Positions 48,197-58,107 are shown, counted from the stretch's first letter. The stretch: DNA of 64,000 nucleotides from an uncultured Methanosarcinales archaeon (GCA_964591655.1 CAZQDS010000001.1:7232-71231); one strand, 5' to 3'. Notes: generated by a model from the sequence alone, not told the origin. Translations and numbers: made by a program.

Positions 48197-48334
48197 CTCC
48201 GTCGAAAAAAACTCAAAATGTTTCGACAATGTTTTACCGTCTACAAATTTAATTTCTCCGACTGAAAAATAATAAACTTTATAAACTAGTTACTCCAGGA
48301 TACACTATAACTCGTATGAGTTGGGGTGACTAAT

Positions 48335-48577
48335 ATGGAAACAGTTGCAAAAGTTGGAGTAAAGAAACAAAAGGGATACCTGTATTTCGTAGATAAACAG
48401 GGAGACATCTCAGCTGCTACAATGGCTCGAGGCGGCGGAAAAGCAAAGAAGGGCTCAAAGAAGGTAGCAAAAGTTGGAGTAAAGAAAGAGAAGGGCTACT
48501 TATATTTCGTAGATAAGAAGGGAAACGTCTCTAGGGCAAAGATGGCTCGAGGCGGAAGAAAGAAAAAGAGAAAATAA
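48335..48577 (+). CDS. Small highly basic protein made of two ~40-aa repeats
   Basis: VAKVGVKK(Q/E)KGYLYFVDKxGxxSxAxMARGG occurs twice and is also repeated at DNA level (GCAAAAGTTGGAGTAAAGAAA, TATTTCGTAGATAA, ATGGCTCGAGGCGG). Confidence 0.8.
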   Translation: METVAKVGVKKQKGYLYFVDKQGDISAATMARGGGKAKKGSKKVAKVGVKKEKGYLYFVDKKGNVSRAKMARGGRKKKRK

Positions 48578-48578
48578 T

Positions 48579-48680
48579 AAAAATTTGTTAAACAAATTTT
48601 TAGAACAAGAAATTGTAACACAATTTCTTTGTAAATCTTTTTTAGTATTTTTTTCTAAAGAGGCAAAACCTCTTTTTTTA
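48579..48680 (+). terminator. Three consecutive inverted repeats ending in a T-tract
   Basis: IRs at 48579-48601, 48607-48629 and 48657-48675, the last followed by poly-T. Confidence 0.5.
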
Positions 48681-48699
48681 TTCTATTTTTTTGATTGCA

Positions 48700-48948
48700 C
48701 TACTTGCGCTTACATTTCTTCCAGTAGATGATTCCTACCAGAACAGATACTATTAGCGATGCCGTAGTATATATTATTCTAAAAAATTCCCATCTGGAAT
48801 AATCGCAACTAAACAGGTCATCGCTCACTTTGATGCAAGACATCTTTACGCTCATGCTAGAATTCACCACTATCAACAGTGCGCCCGTCAAAAAAACAAA
48901 AATCAACAATCCTAGGCCTATTGCTCTAATAACCGGTTTCATAATCAA
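48700..48948 (-). CDS. Small 2-TM membrane protein
   Basis: Two hydrophobic helices around a Cys-containing loop; basic C-terminal tail. Confidence 0.5.
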   Translation of the reverse strand: MIMKPVIRAIGLGLLIFVFLTGALLIVVNSSMSVKMSCIKVSDDLFSCDYSRWEFFRIIYTTASLIVSVLVGIIYWKKCKRK

Positions 48949-49014
48949 GAAATAGTGGCGCTATATTATAAATATTGTTTTTTTGAAGAAGTATTAAAAA
49001 AAAGAAATAAAAAT

Positions 49015-49037
49015 TTCAGAAATCGGCGATTTCTGAA
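49015..49037 (-). terminator. Hairpin terminator of 49043..49402
   Basis: Perfect IR TTCAGAAATC-ggc-GATTTCTGAA followed on the minus strand by T-rich tracts. Confidence 0.55.
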
Positions 49038-49042
49038 CCCCT

Positions 49043-49402
49043 TTACTCGTCATGCGCTAAAGCATAGATGGCTTTCAATGCGACTATGATTGTTGCTGGT
49101 ATGACGAATGTCATCAATGCTTTTAATGTTCCCTCTAGGAATTCGCCAACACCTGCGACAGCACCTAACGTAGTGCTTCCGAAGTTTGCCACGATTACTA
49201 GTGATATTGCTGCTAGTAAGAATGGTGTTGTCTCTCTTCCTGTCACATTTAGGAATCCTACTATCAATCCAAGCACTATCAATACTGTCGTAGTCACAGC
49301 GCCTGCTCCTGAGAAGATTCCTACTATCAAAGCAATTATAACACCAATTATAAATGCCCAGCTACCTACTTTTGCCAACAAATCTGTAGATCCTTTTGCC
49401 AT
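49043..49402 (-). CDS. Small 4-TM membrane protein of unknown function
   Basis: Almost entirely hydrophobic (WAFIIG.., LIVGFLNV..E..PFL, FVIPA.IIVALKA); GGAGGGTGA RBS. Confidence 0.7.
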   Translation of the reverse strand: MAKGSTDLLAKVGSWAFIIGVIIALIVGIFSGAGAVTTTVLIVLGLIVGFLNVTGRETTPFLLAAISLVIVANFGSTTLGAVAGVGEFLEGTLKALMTFVIPATIIVALKAIYALAHDE

Positions 49403-49512
49403 TTTTAATCACCCTCCAAAATAGTTGATCTATAGAGGATAAATGGTACATATTTATAAATTTTTCTTTAAGTCGTTTCCAGAAAATTTATAAAAAACAC
49501 CCCTTTCTTAGC

Positions 49513-50076
49513 ATGGGTGAGACCATGATAGGTTGGATAATTACCGGCGTAGCAGTATTCATTGTGTTTATACTGATAGTGATGTATAATAGGTTTGTTG
49601 TTCTAAGGAACAGGATAGATAATGCTTGGGCCCAGATCGATGTTCAGCTCAAGAGAAGGTATGATCTGATACCTAATCTTGTTGAGACTGTCAAGGGATA
49701 TGCGAAGCATGAGAAAAAGGTCTTCACAGAAGTGACAAAGGCAAGGACTGCCATGATGGAAGCGAAGACTATCCCCGAAAAAGCAAAAGCGAACAATATG
49801 CTGACTGAGACTTTGAAAAGCTTATTTGCTGTTGCAGAGAACTATCCTAAACTAGAGGCATCAGAGAATTTCAGGATGCTGCAGGAAGAGCTTTCAGGAA
49901 CAGAGAGCAAGATAGCATATGCAAGGCAGGCATACAACGATTCTGTGCTTTCATACAATAATGGCACACAGCAGTTCCCAGGAAGCATCGTTGCAGGGAT
50001 GTTCAATTTCAAGCAGAGAGATTTCTTCAAGACAGAAGGTGCAGAGAAAGAGAATGTTGCTGTGAAGTTCGAGTAA
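49513..50076 (+). CDS. lemA: LemA family protein
   Basis: N-terminal [48 protein letters not shown]...FP. Confidence 0.95.
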   Translation: MGETMIGWIITGVAVFIVFILIVMYNRFVVLRNRIDNAWAQIDVQLKRRYDLIPNLVETVKGYAKHEKKVFTEVTKARTAMMEAKTIPEKAKANNMLTETLKSLFAVAENYPKLEASENFRMLQEELSGTESKIAYARQAYNDSVLSYNNGTQQFPGSIVAGMFNFKQRDFFKTEGAEKENVAVKFE

Positions 50077-50115
50077 TTTTTTTAGTTTTTTTATCTTATC
50101 TAATCGGTGATATTG

Positions 50116-51015
50116 ATGGCTAACGCATTCGACGAGGTAGCAAAGAATAAGTTCAAGAGTTATCTCTTGATGTTCTTATTTGCCGCGATATTGATAGGAT
50201 TGGCATATGTAATAGGGTTGTGGTATGGAAACGGTAGTCCTGCTATCATAATAGGTTTCATGTTCATCGCATTCATAATATCTATATGCATGGCGCTCGC
50301 AAGTTATTTCTGGGGCGATAAGGCAGCATTGCAGATAAGCAACGCGAGGCCGGCAGACAGGCGACAGCATGCACATTACATAAATAGTGTGGAAGGTTTG
50401 GCTATTGCTGCACAAGTTCCTGTCCCTAAAATCTATGTCATCCCGGACCAATCGATCAATGCTTTCGCTACAGGCCGCGATCCTGAGCATGCAAGCATTG
50501 CCGTAACTGAAGGCGCATTAAAAAAGTTGAATCGCGTAGAGCTTGAAGGAGTCATCGCACACGAGATGGCACATGTGAAGAATTATGATATGCGATTGAT
50601 GACTGTCACAGTGATCCTTGTCGGCCTGATAGCACTATTGAGCGATCTATTCATAAGAAGCATGTGGTTCGGTGGTGGGAAGAGCGATAACAACGGGAAG
50701 GGGAACGCAGTGATACTCCTCGTAGGGATTGCTCTTGCGATACTCGCACCCCTATTTGCAGAGTTGATCAAGCTGGCGATAAGCAGGAAGAGGGAATATG
50801 CTGCAGATGCAACGGGCGCAATACTCGGTAGACATCCTCAAGGTCTGGCCGATGCATTGAAAAAGATAAAGAAGGATTCCGAAGAGACAAAAGTCGCCAC
50901 GAAAGCGACAGCGCACCTATATTTCAGCAACCCATTCAAGAAAGGAGCGTTCTCCAGTCTATTCTCGACACATCCTCCGATAGAAGAAAGGATAAGAAGA
51001 TTAGAAGCAATGTAG
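50116..51015 (+). CDS. htpX: HtpX-like M48 zinc metalloprotease
   Basis: NAFATGR, AHEMAH, SRKREYAAD, STHPP; follows lemA as commonly seen. Confidence 0.93.
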   Translation: MANAFDEVAKNKFKSYLLMFLFAAILIGLAYVIGLWYGNGSPAIIIGFMFIAFIISICMALASYFWGDKAALQISNARPADRRQHAHYINSVEGLAIAAQVPVPKIYVIPDQSINAFATGRDPEHASIAVTEGALKKLNRVELEGVIAHEMAHVKNYDMRLMTVTVILVGLIALLSDLFIRSMWFGGGKSDNNGKGNAVILLVGIALAILAPLFAELIKLAISRKREYAADATGAILGRHPQGLADALKKIKKDSEETKVATKATAHLYFSNPFKKGAFSSLFSTHPPIEERIRRLEAM

Positions 51016-51032
51016 GCTTTTCTAAATATTTT

Positions 51033-51689
51033 TTATTGTTTCAAAACAAACAATTCCTTATTCAGCAAATTTTTTTCTAGGAGAGAATTTATCCTGTCTT
51101 TAAGTGCCATTCTCTCTTCAAATAACATTTCGATAGGGTCCTTATGGTCTGATCGTCCATTAGTCCGTGAACACGCCTCATAAAAATCCACTATACTCAC
51201 CCATTTTGACAATTCGATGCCCGTCTCTAACGTGTCTTTCTCCATCTTTATCCCGTTAACCTCTTTCAACTCTTCAGGATAAGACCCGAAATAACTTTTA
51301 TCTTGATATTTATGATGATATCCTGACACTATTGCTGCAACAGGGAATATTTTTGCCAGAAGGGCATATCCTAATTCAGGATGCTTCTTTATAGGGTGTC
51401 CTTCTGGGGGTATGCTCCTGAACGCTTTTCCATCAGCATCGAACAGCTCTTTTGGGAGGAATGATTTCCCTATGTCATGCATCAATCCTGCAGTGATTAT
51501 TGTATTATCAGAAAACTCTTTGAACATTTCCTTAAGATTATATGTGCCTATGGCGATATATGTGGAATGCGTCAATAACGCATTATTCACGTCATGTAGT
51601 CTTTTCAGATTATTTTTTATGAATTTTTTCTCTACTTCTCCATAATTGCCGATTTCCAACAATCTATCTATGACTTTGTAGTATGTCAT
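51033..51689 (-). CDS. HD-domain phosphohydrolase (HD-GYP-like)
   Basis: THS, MHDIGK, HPELGY, YHH, GSYP, IVDFYEA. Confidence 0.75.
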   Translation of the reverse strand: MTYYKVIDRLLEIGNYGEVEKKFIKNNLKRLHDVNNALLTHSTYIAIGTYNLKEMFKEFSDNTIITAGLMHDIGKSFLPKELFDADGKAFRSIPPEGHPIKKHPELGYALLAKIFPVAAIVSGYHHKYQDKSYFGSYPEELKEVNGIKMEKDTLETGIELSKWVSIVDFYEACSRTNGRSDHKDPIEMLFEERMALKDRINSLLEKNLLNKELFVLKQ

Positions 51690-51693
51690 TCTC

Positions 51694-52464
51694 TCACTCT
51701 AGCAATGTCAATGCAAACATAGAAGCTATTCCTAGAAGCATCATCAAGACTTGAAGGACGCTTATCTTCAATGTCCCTTCCTCGTGAGCGCTCTTGTGCA
51801 GTTGAGGTATCAATGTTGCGGCAACGATATATATTAGCGTTCCCGCAGAGAATGGTAGAAGGAATGCTAGCAACCCCTCTGTTTTTATCAATATGAATCC
51901 TATTATTGCGCCTATTATCGCTGTTGCAGACACTAAAAGGTTGAACATTATCGCTTTAGTTTTTGAATATCCTCCTGCAAGAAGCACCGCGAAATCTCCT
52001 ATCTCTTGAGGTATCTCGTGAAGTATGACCGCTATGGTTGTCGCTATCCCTACAGGGATGCTTATGACGTAGCTTGTCGCTATTATTATTCCGTCTATGA
52101 AATTATGGAATGCGTCCCCGAAAAGGTTCATTGTCGCGAATGCGTGTGTGTGCTCCTTATGGGGCAGGTCTTTATTGTGTATGTGTCTATGCTTGTAGTG
52201 TATTATCTTCTCTATTATGAATGAGAATACTATCCCGAACAATATGTATGTCGATGTCGTTGTCGTCTCATATTCAGTGAATGCTTCTGGAAGGAGGTGT
52301 ATGAACACATCCCCTATCAGTACGCCTACTGCGAAGCTTATGACATAGATGAGTATTTTTTTTATCTTTGATTCCTTCAAGAAAAAAAGTATCACTCCTA
52401 CAAGAGAAAGTATGCTTACTATGACTACGCTCGATAGGCCGTATATCACTGTTTGTATATCCAT
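51694..52464 (-). CDS. ZIP family metal transporter
   Basis: HLLPEA, His-rich loop, GDAFHNFIDG, HEIPQEIGDF. Confidence 0.93.
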   Translation of the reverse strand: MDIQTVIYGLSSVVIVSILSLVGVILFFLKESKIKKILIYVISFAVGVLIGDVFIHLLPEAFTEYETTTTSTYILFGIVFSFIIEKIIHYKHRHIHNKDLPHKEHTHAFATMNLFGDAFHNFIDGIIIATSYVISIPVGIATTIAVILHEIPQEIGDFAVLLAGGYSKTKAIMFNLLVSATAIIGAIIGFILIKTEGLLAFLLPFSAGTLIYIVAATLIPQLHKSAHEEGTLKISVLQVLMMLLGIASMFALTLLE

Positions 52465-52547
52465 GTAGTTGGTAACTTAGAGGTATTTATATATCTTACT
52501 GGACATCCCCCCAAAACCTATTTAAACATGGTTCTGTTCTCTTTTTC

Positions 52548-54122
52548 ATGCTTCAGCTTCATCAGACATTATCATATTATAAGAGAAAAGAGGTCCAGAA
52601 ACTTCTTCTCATGTATGCGCAGGACAAGGAGATTGCCGTGCGTTATAATGAATCATTCGGGAAGCGTCCTGATGCATTGATGTACGAGAATGATGTGCTT
52701 GAATCTGCAAAGAAGGGCGCGACAAGTTTCCATTGCTCTGAAGAGCTATGGACTAATCCGTTGCAGATAAATCCTAACCTGAAAAAGAACGAGATCGATG
52801 ATCTGCGTAAAGGATGGGACTTGATACTGGACATAGATTGTCCTTATTGGACATTCTCAAGGCTTGCAGCTTACGTTTTCATCAAAGCATTGAAGGATCA
52901 CGGCGTCAGTTCTGTGACAGTTAAATTCTCAGGAAGCAAGGGATTCCATATTGCTGTGCCTTTCGAGGCATTCCCGAAGAAGCAATATTATCTTGACGGG
53001 AAATATTATGCTGTAAAAGAATTGTTCCCTGAAGGACCGAGAAGGATTGCGGCATATCTTGTCGATTACGCTGATAAGACATTGATAAAGATAGATGATG
53101 AGAAGATCACTTTCGGGAAGGTCTCTGTCCCTATAAGCAAGCTTGAGTCAGAGACAGGAACTAAGCGAGCGGACATGATTGTTACGAAATGCAACAAGTG
53201 CAATTCATCAATAACTGAGATGAAACAGTCAAGGATACAGTATATCTGTCCTAATTGCGAATACTCTGTAGAGGATGCAGATAAACAGTTCATGCAATGC
53301 CCGAAATGCAAGAAGATAATGGAGAAACATTCCTTGAATAAGAGCATCTGTAAATGCGGCTCTAATTCTGTAAGGACAGAATTCGACCTCTCAAAGATAG
53401 TCGCGGTCGACACGATACTGATAAGTTCCAGGCATCTTTACAGGATGCCATATTCTCTGCACGAGAAAACAGGATTAGTGTCTATGCCTTTCGACATAAA
53501 GCACATATTGAAATTTGAGAAATCAGAGGCCTCACCTGATAAGTTCAAGCCATACAAATTCTTAGACCGCACGGAATGTAAAGTCGATGAGGCAGAACAA
53601 TTATTCCAGAAAGCATTCGATTTCCAGACAGAGAAACAGAAGAAAGACATCTTGAAGAAAGATTACGTGAAAGAATACGGTTCAGGCAAAGGACAGGACA
53701 TGGAAGGGAATGCGCAGGCTGTCCCTGAAGAATATTTCCCTCCATGCATAAAGAAGATATCTTCCGGTTTGGAAGACGGGAAGAAAAGGGCATTGTTGAT
53801 ATTGATAAATTTCCTTTCATCATGCAATTGGCCTCATGAAAAGATTGAGGAGTATGTTTTGAAATGGAATGAAAGGAATTCTCCGGATAAACTTCGTGAA
53901 ACTTATATCAAAGGACAATTACGTTATCATAAGACACAGAAGGAGAAATTATCTCCTCCTAATTGCGACAATCGCGGATACATGATCGACACACAATTCT
54001 GCCAGCCAGACGAATTCTGCAAAAAGATCAAGAATCCCGCACAATATGCATCAAGGAAAGTATGGATGGCGAACAACGCTGGCGGAAGAAAGAAGAAGGC
54101 GGGGAAGAAGGGCGCGAATTGA
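52548..54122 (+). CDS. priSL: Fused DNA primase PriS-PriL (DPANN type) with zinc-ribbon insertion
   Basis: WDLILDID, FSGSKGFH and VD..ISSRHLYRMPYSLH (PriS); FPPC, PPNC..C..C..KNP (PriL Fe-S domain). Confidence 0.9.
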   Translation: MLQLHQTLSYYKRKEVQKLLLMYAQDKEIAVRYNESFGKRPDALMYENDVLESAKKGATSFHCSEELWTNPLQINPNLKKNEIDDLRKGWDLILDIDCPYWTFSRLAAYVFIKALKDHGVSSVTVKFSGSKGFHIAVPFEAFPKKQYYLDGKYYAVKELFPEGPRRIAAYLVDYADKTLIKIDDEKITFGKVSVPISKLESETGTKRADMIVTKCNKCNSSITEMKQSRIQYICPNCEYSVEDADKQFMQCPKCKKIMEKHSLNKSICKCGSNSVRTEFDLSKIVAVDTILISSRHLYRMPYSLHEKTGLVSMPFDIKHILKFEKSEASPDKFKPYKFLDRTECKVDEAEQLFQKAFDFQTEKQKKDILKKDYVKEYGSGKGQDMEGNAQAVPEEYFPPCIKKISSGLEDGKKRALLILINFLSSCNWPHEKIEEYVLKWNERNSPDKLRETYIKGQLRYHKTQKEKLSPPNCDNRGYMIDTQFCQPDEFCKKIKNPAQYASRKVWMANNAGGRKKKAGKKGAN

Positions 54123-54182
54123 AAATAAAATCCGTCAAACTCTTTGATCATTCGAAACTCAGCTAAACTGCGTTCGCAGAGT

Positions 54183-54383
54183 TTATTTTTCAGAAAGAAT
54201 ATAGAGACTCATCGAACAAAAAATGCCTTTAGCGAAGAAATATATCCCTATAGCAACCCACATGAAACTTTCCTCAAAATCCATGCGAGAATAATATAGC
54301 ATAATTGCTGCGGCAAGAGTGCATAATATAAATATAAGTATGCTCGCAAACGGAACCAATTTTCGTATGAATTGCAACGACAT
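54183..54383 (-). CDS. Small 2-TM membrane protein
   Basis: 66-aa hydrophobic ORF with an upstream TATA-like element. Confidence 0.45.
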   Translation of the reverse strand: MSLQFIRKLVPFASILIFILCTLAAAIMLYYSRMDFEESFMWVAIGIYFFAKGIFCSMSLYILSEK

Positions 54384-54463
54384 GGTATAATCATATTACT
54401 AAGCCTATTTATATCTTTCGGAAAAATAACTTGAAACTAATCGATATCAGTTTCTCAAAAGAA

Positions 54464-55381
54464 TTACAATTTCACTTTCATGAAATCATATGCGACTTCT
54501 ACGTTCTCATAGACGTCTCTGGCGTCTTCTAACACCTCGCCAGGTGTCTTGTATCTTTGTGAGATGTGTGTCAATATGAGTTTTTTTGAATTAGAGTTTG
54601 ATGCGAGCAATGCTGCCTGTTTTGCAGTCAAGTGCTTGTTGTTCTCTGCTTTTTCTTCTATTGCAGATGAATAAGATGCCTCGCATATCAACAAGTCCGC
54701 ATCTTCGGCAACGAGTGATGCGCCAGGGCATAATCCCGTGTCTAAGACTATGCCGATTTTTTTACCTCTCTTGATTGTAGAGACCATGTCTGGAGTGATT
54801 GTCTTCCCCCCTAATTGTACGTCTATCCCTTTCTGTATCTTCCCGATTAATGGTCCTTCAGTCAATCCGATTGCCGAAGCCTTCTTCATATCTATCTTCC
54901 TCACATCCTTTTCTATGAATCTGTATCCCAAGCAGGGTATTCCATGATCAAGTGCTGCAGCCTCTATGTAGAATTCCTCCTTGTCAAGAACGACCATCTT
55001 CTCATTCTTCTTAGGATTTATCTCATGCACTTGCATCATCAGCTTATTATCGAATATGCATGTTTGCAGGAGATGTTCAATCCTTTTTTCAGTCTCTCTA
55101 GGGCCGAATATCACTAATTTTTTCCTATCCTCATTCTGCGCATTCTGATTGCCAAGGGTCTGTATCAATCCGATCAATCCGGACACATGATCCCCGTGCC
55201 AATGGGATATGAGAACATGTGTGACTTTATTCCTGTTTATCCCTGCAATATTCATCTGCCTCTGCGTTCCTTCTCCGCAATCGAACAGCAATCCGTAAGT
55301 GTCATAACTAAGAAAGATTCCCGTCACGTTTCTCTCCTTTGTAGGCACCATGCAAGATGTGCCTAAGAATGTGAGCTCCAT
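54464..55381 (-). CDS. rnz: Ribonuclease Z
   Basis: FLGT..MVPTKERN, FDCGEGTQRQ, SHWHGDH, GP exosite, DT, CEASY, HLT, THISQRY. Confidence 0.95.
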   Translation of the reverse strand: MELTFLGTSCMVPTKERNVTGIFLSYDTYGLLFDCGEGTQRQMNIAGINRNKVTHVLISHWHGDHVSGLIGLIQTLGNQNAQNEDRKKLVIFGPRETEKRIEHLLQTCIFDNKLMMQVHEINPKKNEKMVVLDKEEFYIEAAALDHGIPCLGYRFIEKDVRKIDMKKASAIGLTEGPLIGKIQKGIDVQLGGKTITPDMVSTIKRGKKIGIVLDTGLCPGASLVAEDADLLICEASYSSAIEEKAENNKHLTAKQAALLASNSNSKKLILTHISQRYKTPGEVLEDARDVYENVEVAYDFMKVKL

Positions 55382-55413
55382 GATATATTAGAATAGAAAT
55401 AGGTTTATAAAGT

Positions 55414-55902
55414 TTAAGGGTCGTATTGTTTCAGCGGTTCTGTAAAAATAAGGACATAATTATCCATCTCTTTTTCATCTTGTAGCATCATGGAAGGGAC
55501 CTTCATCGCCAGATAATTATTTCCTATAAAATATCTCGGGGCATATTGATGGATGTTCCATTTTCTTGTAGAAAATGTTTTTTTGCTCAACGGTATTATT
55601 ATTGAGAAGTCTTGCAAGATTATATCTACGCTTTCTTTGATGACGTTGAATGGCACGAGGCGATTCTTTAATAGGCCTCCGAATTTTGAATTTTCGGAAT
55701 ATCTGACGTCCGATACTTCTTGCGCAGGATGTTTTCTCCATCTCGTGTTTTTTTTGACATAGACTGTCGCAAACTTATTTTTTATGAGGGATAATTTATT
55801 TGCATGATACTTTGCTTGGCTTTGTGAAAGCGGTTCTTTGGCGCTTATTATCATCCCCTCAAGACTGTTGCTTATGATTTCATCAACATTCATCCAATTC
55901 AT
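55414..55902 (-). CDS. Hypothetical protein
   Basis: ORF divergent from endA; probable start MNWMNV; no motif recognised. Confidence 0.45.
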   Translation of the reverse strand: MNWMNVDEIISNSLEGMIISAKEPLSQSQAKYHANKLSLIKNKFATVYVKKNTRWRKHPAQEVSDVRYSENSKFGGLLKNRLVPFNVIKESVDIILQDFSIIIPLSKKTFSTRKWNIHQYAPRYFIGNNYLAMKVPSMMLQDEKEMDNYVLIFTEPLKQYDP

Positions 55903-55976
55903 ATTGTTAGTATTCTCTAGTGGTATATAAATTTTTTTCTTATTAGCCAAACATTTAAAAACCGTCATTCCATTCT

Positions 55977-56585
55977 ATGATAATGCCTGAAGAGCTAATA
56001 GATGCAGACCTGTCGAAACTTAAAGTCAAGGACATAATAATAGATAGCAAACCGAGAAAGGAGAAGGTCAAGGCAGTATTTGCGAACGAAAGAGTGATCG
56101 CTGATGCATCTGATGAATCAAGAGAATTATATAATCAATCCAGATACGGGACAACACTCGAATCAGGGAAATTGCAGTTATCGCTCCTTGAAGCGCTTTA
56201 TCTGATGGAGAAGAACAGGCTCGAGTTGAGAGATTCGAGGAGCAAGGTCTTGAATTTTGAATCATTGCTGAAGAAAGCCACCAAGTTAGAGCCGAATTTC
56301 TATATACGATATTGTGTATTCAAGGACATGCGAAATCGGGGATACATAATAAAGACTGCATTGAAGTTCGGTGCAGACTTCAGGGTATATGATAGAGGTG
56401 TCAAGCCCGGCGAGGACCATGCACGATGGATAATCTATCCTGTCCATGAAGGATCAACACTTACGTGGTATGAGTTCGCGGCAAAGAACAGAGTAGCACA
56501 TTCTACGAAGAAGAGATTGATGATGGGCATAGTAGATGATGAAGGAGACGTCACATATTACGAGATAAAATGGCTAAAGCCGTAA
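55977..56585 (+). CDS. endA: tRNA-splicing endonuclease (single-unit, alpha4 type)
   Basis: LSLLEALYL, RGY..KTALKFGADFRVY, EDHA, RVAHSTKK (Tyr/His/Lys triad present). Confidence 0.95.
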   Translation: MIMPEELIDADLSKLKVKDIIIDSKPRKEKVKAVFANERVIADASDESRELYNQSRYGTTLESGKLQLSLLEALYLMEKNRLELRDSRSKVLNFESLLKKATKLEPNFYIRYCVFKDMRNRGYIIKTALKFGADFRVYDRGVKPGEDHARWIIYPVHEGSTLTWYEFAAKNRVAHSTKKRLMMGIVDDEGDVTYYEIKWLKP

Positions 56586-56980
56586 TCCACAAAATTGTTG
56601 CAGTCGTCATACGGGATAATAAGTTCTTTATGGTCCGCAAGAAGGGAAAAGACATATGGACCAGTTTAGGCGGCAAGCCTGAAAAAGGAGAGACTGAGGA
56701 AGAGGCCCTTCTGAGAGAGATTAATGAAGAGATACATTGTAAGGCCATGGTCTTGAGAAAGCTTGGAGATTTCACTGCTAAAGCAGTATTCGATGATGCG
56801 CTTGTAGTGTTATCCACGTATCTTGTAGATTTAGATGGAGACATCAAGCTCGACGATCCTGAACTTGAAGAGTGTGCGTTCATAGGTGCAGATTACAAGG
56901 ATAATGGAATCAAGTTACCTCCATCGATAGAGGAGCAGATAATCCCCTATTGCATAGAGAATAAATTGTTGTATTGGTAA
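56570..56980 (+). CDS. NUDIX hydrolase
   Basis: GGKPEKGETEEEALLREINEEI Nudix box. Confidence 0.9.
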   Translation: MAKAVIHKIVAVVIRDNKFFMVRKKGKDIWTSLGGKPEKGETEEEALLREINEEIHCKAMVLRKLGDFTAKAVFDDALVVLSTYLVDLDGDIKLDDPELEECAFIGADYKDNGIKLPPSIEEQIIPYCIENKLLYW

Positions 56981-57061
56981 ACATTTATCGTCATCAATAC
57001 TTTTAATAATATTACTACTGTAAAGAGATAACTTTATAAACTCTTTTTTAATTCTATAAAA

Positions 57062-58015
57062 ATGACTTATTTCGGATTAGACATATTGCCTGCCAAGATT
57101 AATGGCAAGACAGAATTGATTATTGGAGAAATCGGCGGGATAGATACTGGCAGAGTAGGATTCAGTTTGTTATATGATGATAATCGTGTAAATGAGCAAA
57201 TTCGGAGCATGATAAATCTGCGGTATGGAGAGGTGTTGTTCAATAATGGACTATTCAATACGGTCTTTCAAAAAACGGGGTTAAGCGATTATGATTCTGT
57301 TCTAGAGTATGCTTCGAGAAATCTTTTTCAGCAATTTAATGATGATTCAATCTATGTAGAGAGTCCACAGAATCCATTCGGCAAAGAAATTTACTTGGGG
57401 CAGGAGGGGTCATATGTCGCGAACGCGATTAATCCGCCAAAAGGCCCTAAATTAATCAATCCATTTATTGCGCAATATGCGGCAAGAGACAAGGCAAGCC
57501 AATTATTCATAATATCGCATTTCAAAAACAGCATACCATACATACGCGGCGAGATATATGGTGCAAAAGACTCGGACTTATGTGCGATATTGGGACCGAC
57601 AGACAAGGTTGTCGTCAAGCAAAGCACAGGCTCATGTGGCGTAGGCATTGCTGTGCTTTCCAGGAAAGAGATTGTCAGGCGTTCAAGGAATTGGGAGAAA
57701 ACCGGTGATGAATTGGCTTCAAGCCCAGATACTGTAAAGAACCGCTCACTCAGGATAATGCAGCCATTTTATGACACATCTATATCGAATGGCATATATG
57801 GGTCTATACGCTCGGTCGTATGTAATGAGGAATTCGTGGACGCATACATGAGAGTTTCAGAAGATCCCATAGTAAATCTTTCTAGAAATGCAGAGCCGGT
57901 ATCATTGGATGGCGGTTTGAAGAGAGAGGTTGCGAGACTTTCTGAAATGGTTGTTGCTGAGTTCTTAAGGATATCTGCACTTGCAGAGAAGGAGATGCTT
58001 TCTGAGGAAGAGTGA
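57062..58015 (+). CDS. ATP-grasp ligase-like protein, apparently circularly permuted
   Basis: DKASQ, VVKQSTGSCGVGI, IMQPF, SIRSVV, R...VNLSRNA are RimK-like; the FGLD..EIG motif is at the N-terminus. Confidence 0.55.
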   Translation: MTYFGLDILPAKINGKTELIIGEIGGIDTGRVGFSLLYDDNRVNEQIRSMINLRYGEVLFNNGLFNTVFQKTGLSDYDSVLEYASRNLFQQFNDDSIYVESPQNPFGKEIYLGQEGSYVANAINPPKGPKLINPFIAQYAARDKASQLFIISHFKNSIPYIRGEIYGAKDSDLCAILGPTDKVVVKQSTGSCGVGIAVLSRKEIVRRSRNWEKTGDELASSPDTVKNRSLRIMQPFYDTSISNGIYGSIRSVVCNEEFVDAYMRVSEDPIVNLSRNAEPVSLDGGLKREVARLSEMVVAEFLRISALAEKEMLSEEE

Positions 58016-58054
58016 GTTGCTTTGTAGGATAAGTTTTTCTCTCACGATTTTAAA

Positions 58055-58107
58055 TACTTACAATGTAAGTAATTAAAGAAGGCATATTAATACTTACAAT
58101 GTAAGTA
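58055..58107. promoter_or_regulatory. Two identical 17-bp palindromes TACTTACA-A-TGTAAGTA (58055-58071, 58091-58107)
   Basis: Perfect 8-1-8 inverted repeat, duplicated 36 bp apart, upstream of a wHTH gene. Confidence 0.7.

Noticed and set aside
54155-54185. Small hairpin CTGC-GTTC-GCAG after the primase gene
   Set aside because: Short stem between convergent genes, most simply a terminator-like element; nothing supports more.
55977-56585. Possible loss of the catalytic Tyr in EndA (LKFG instead of LKYG)
   Set aside because: The catalytic Tyr is the one in FRVY, and His and Lys are also present, so the enzyme looks intact.
58055-58107. Twin palindromes as a mini-CRISPR
   Set aside because: Only two 17-19 bp units with a spacer under 20 bp, too short for CRISPR, and no cas genes in the window.
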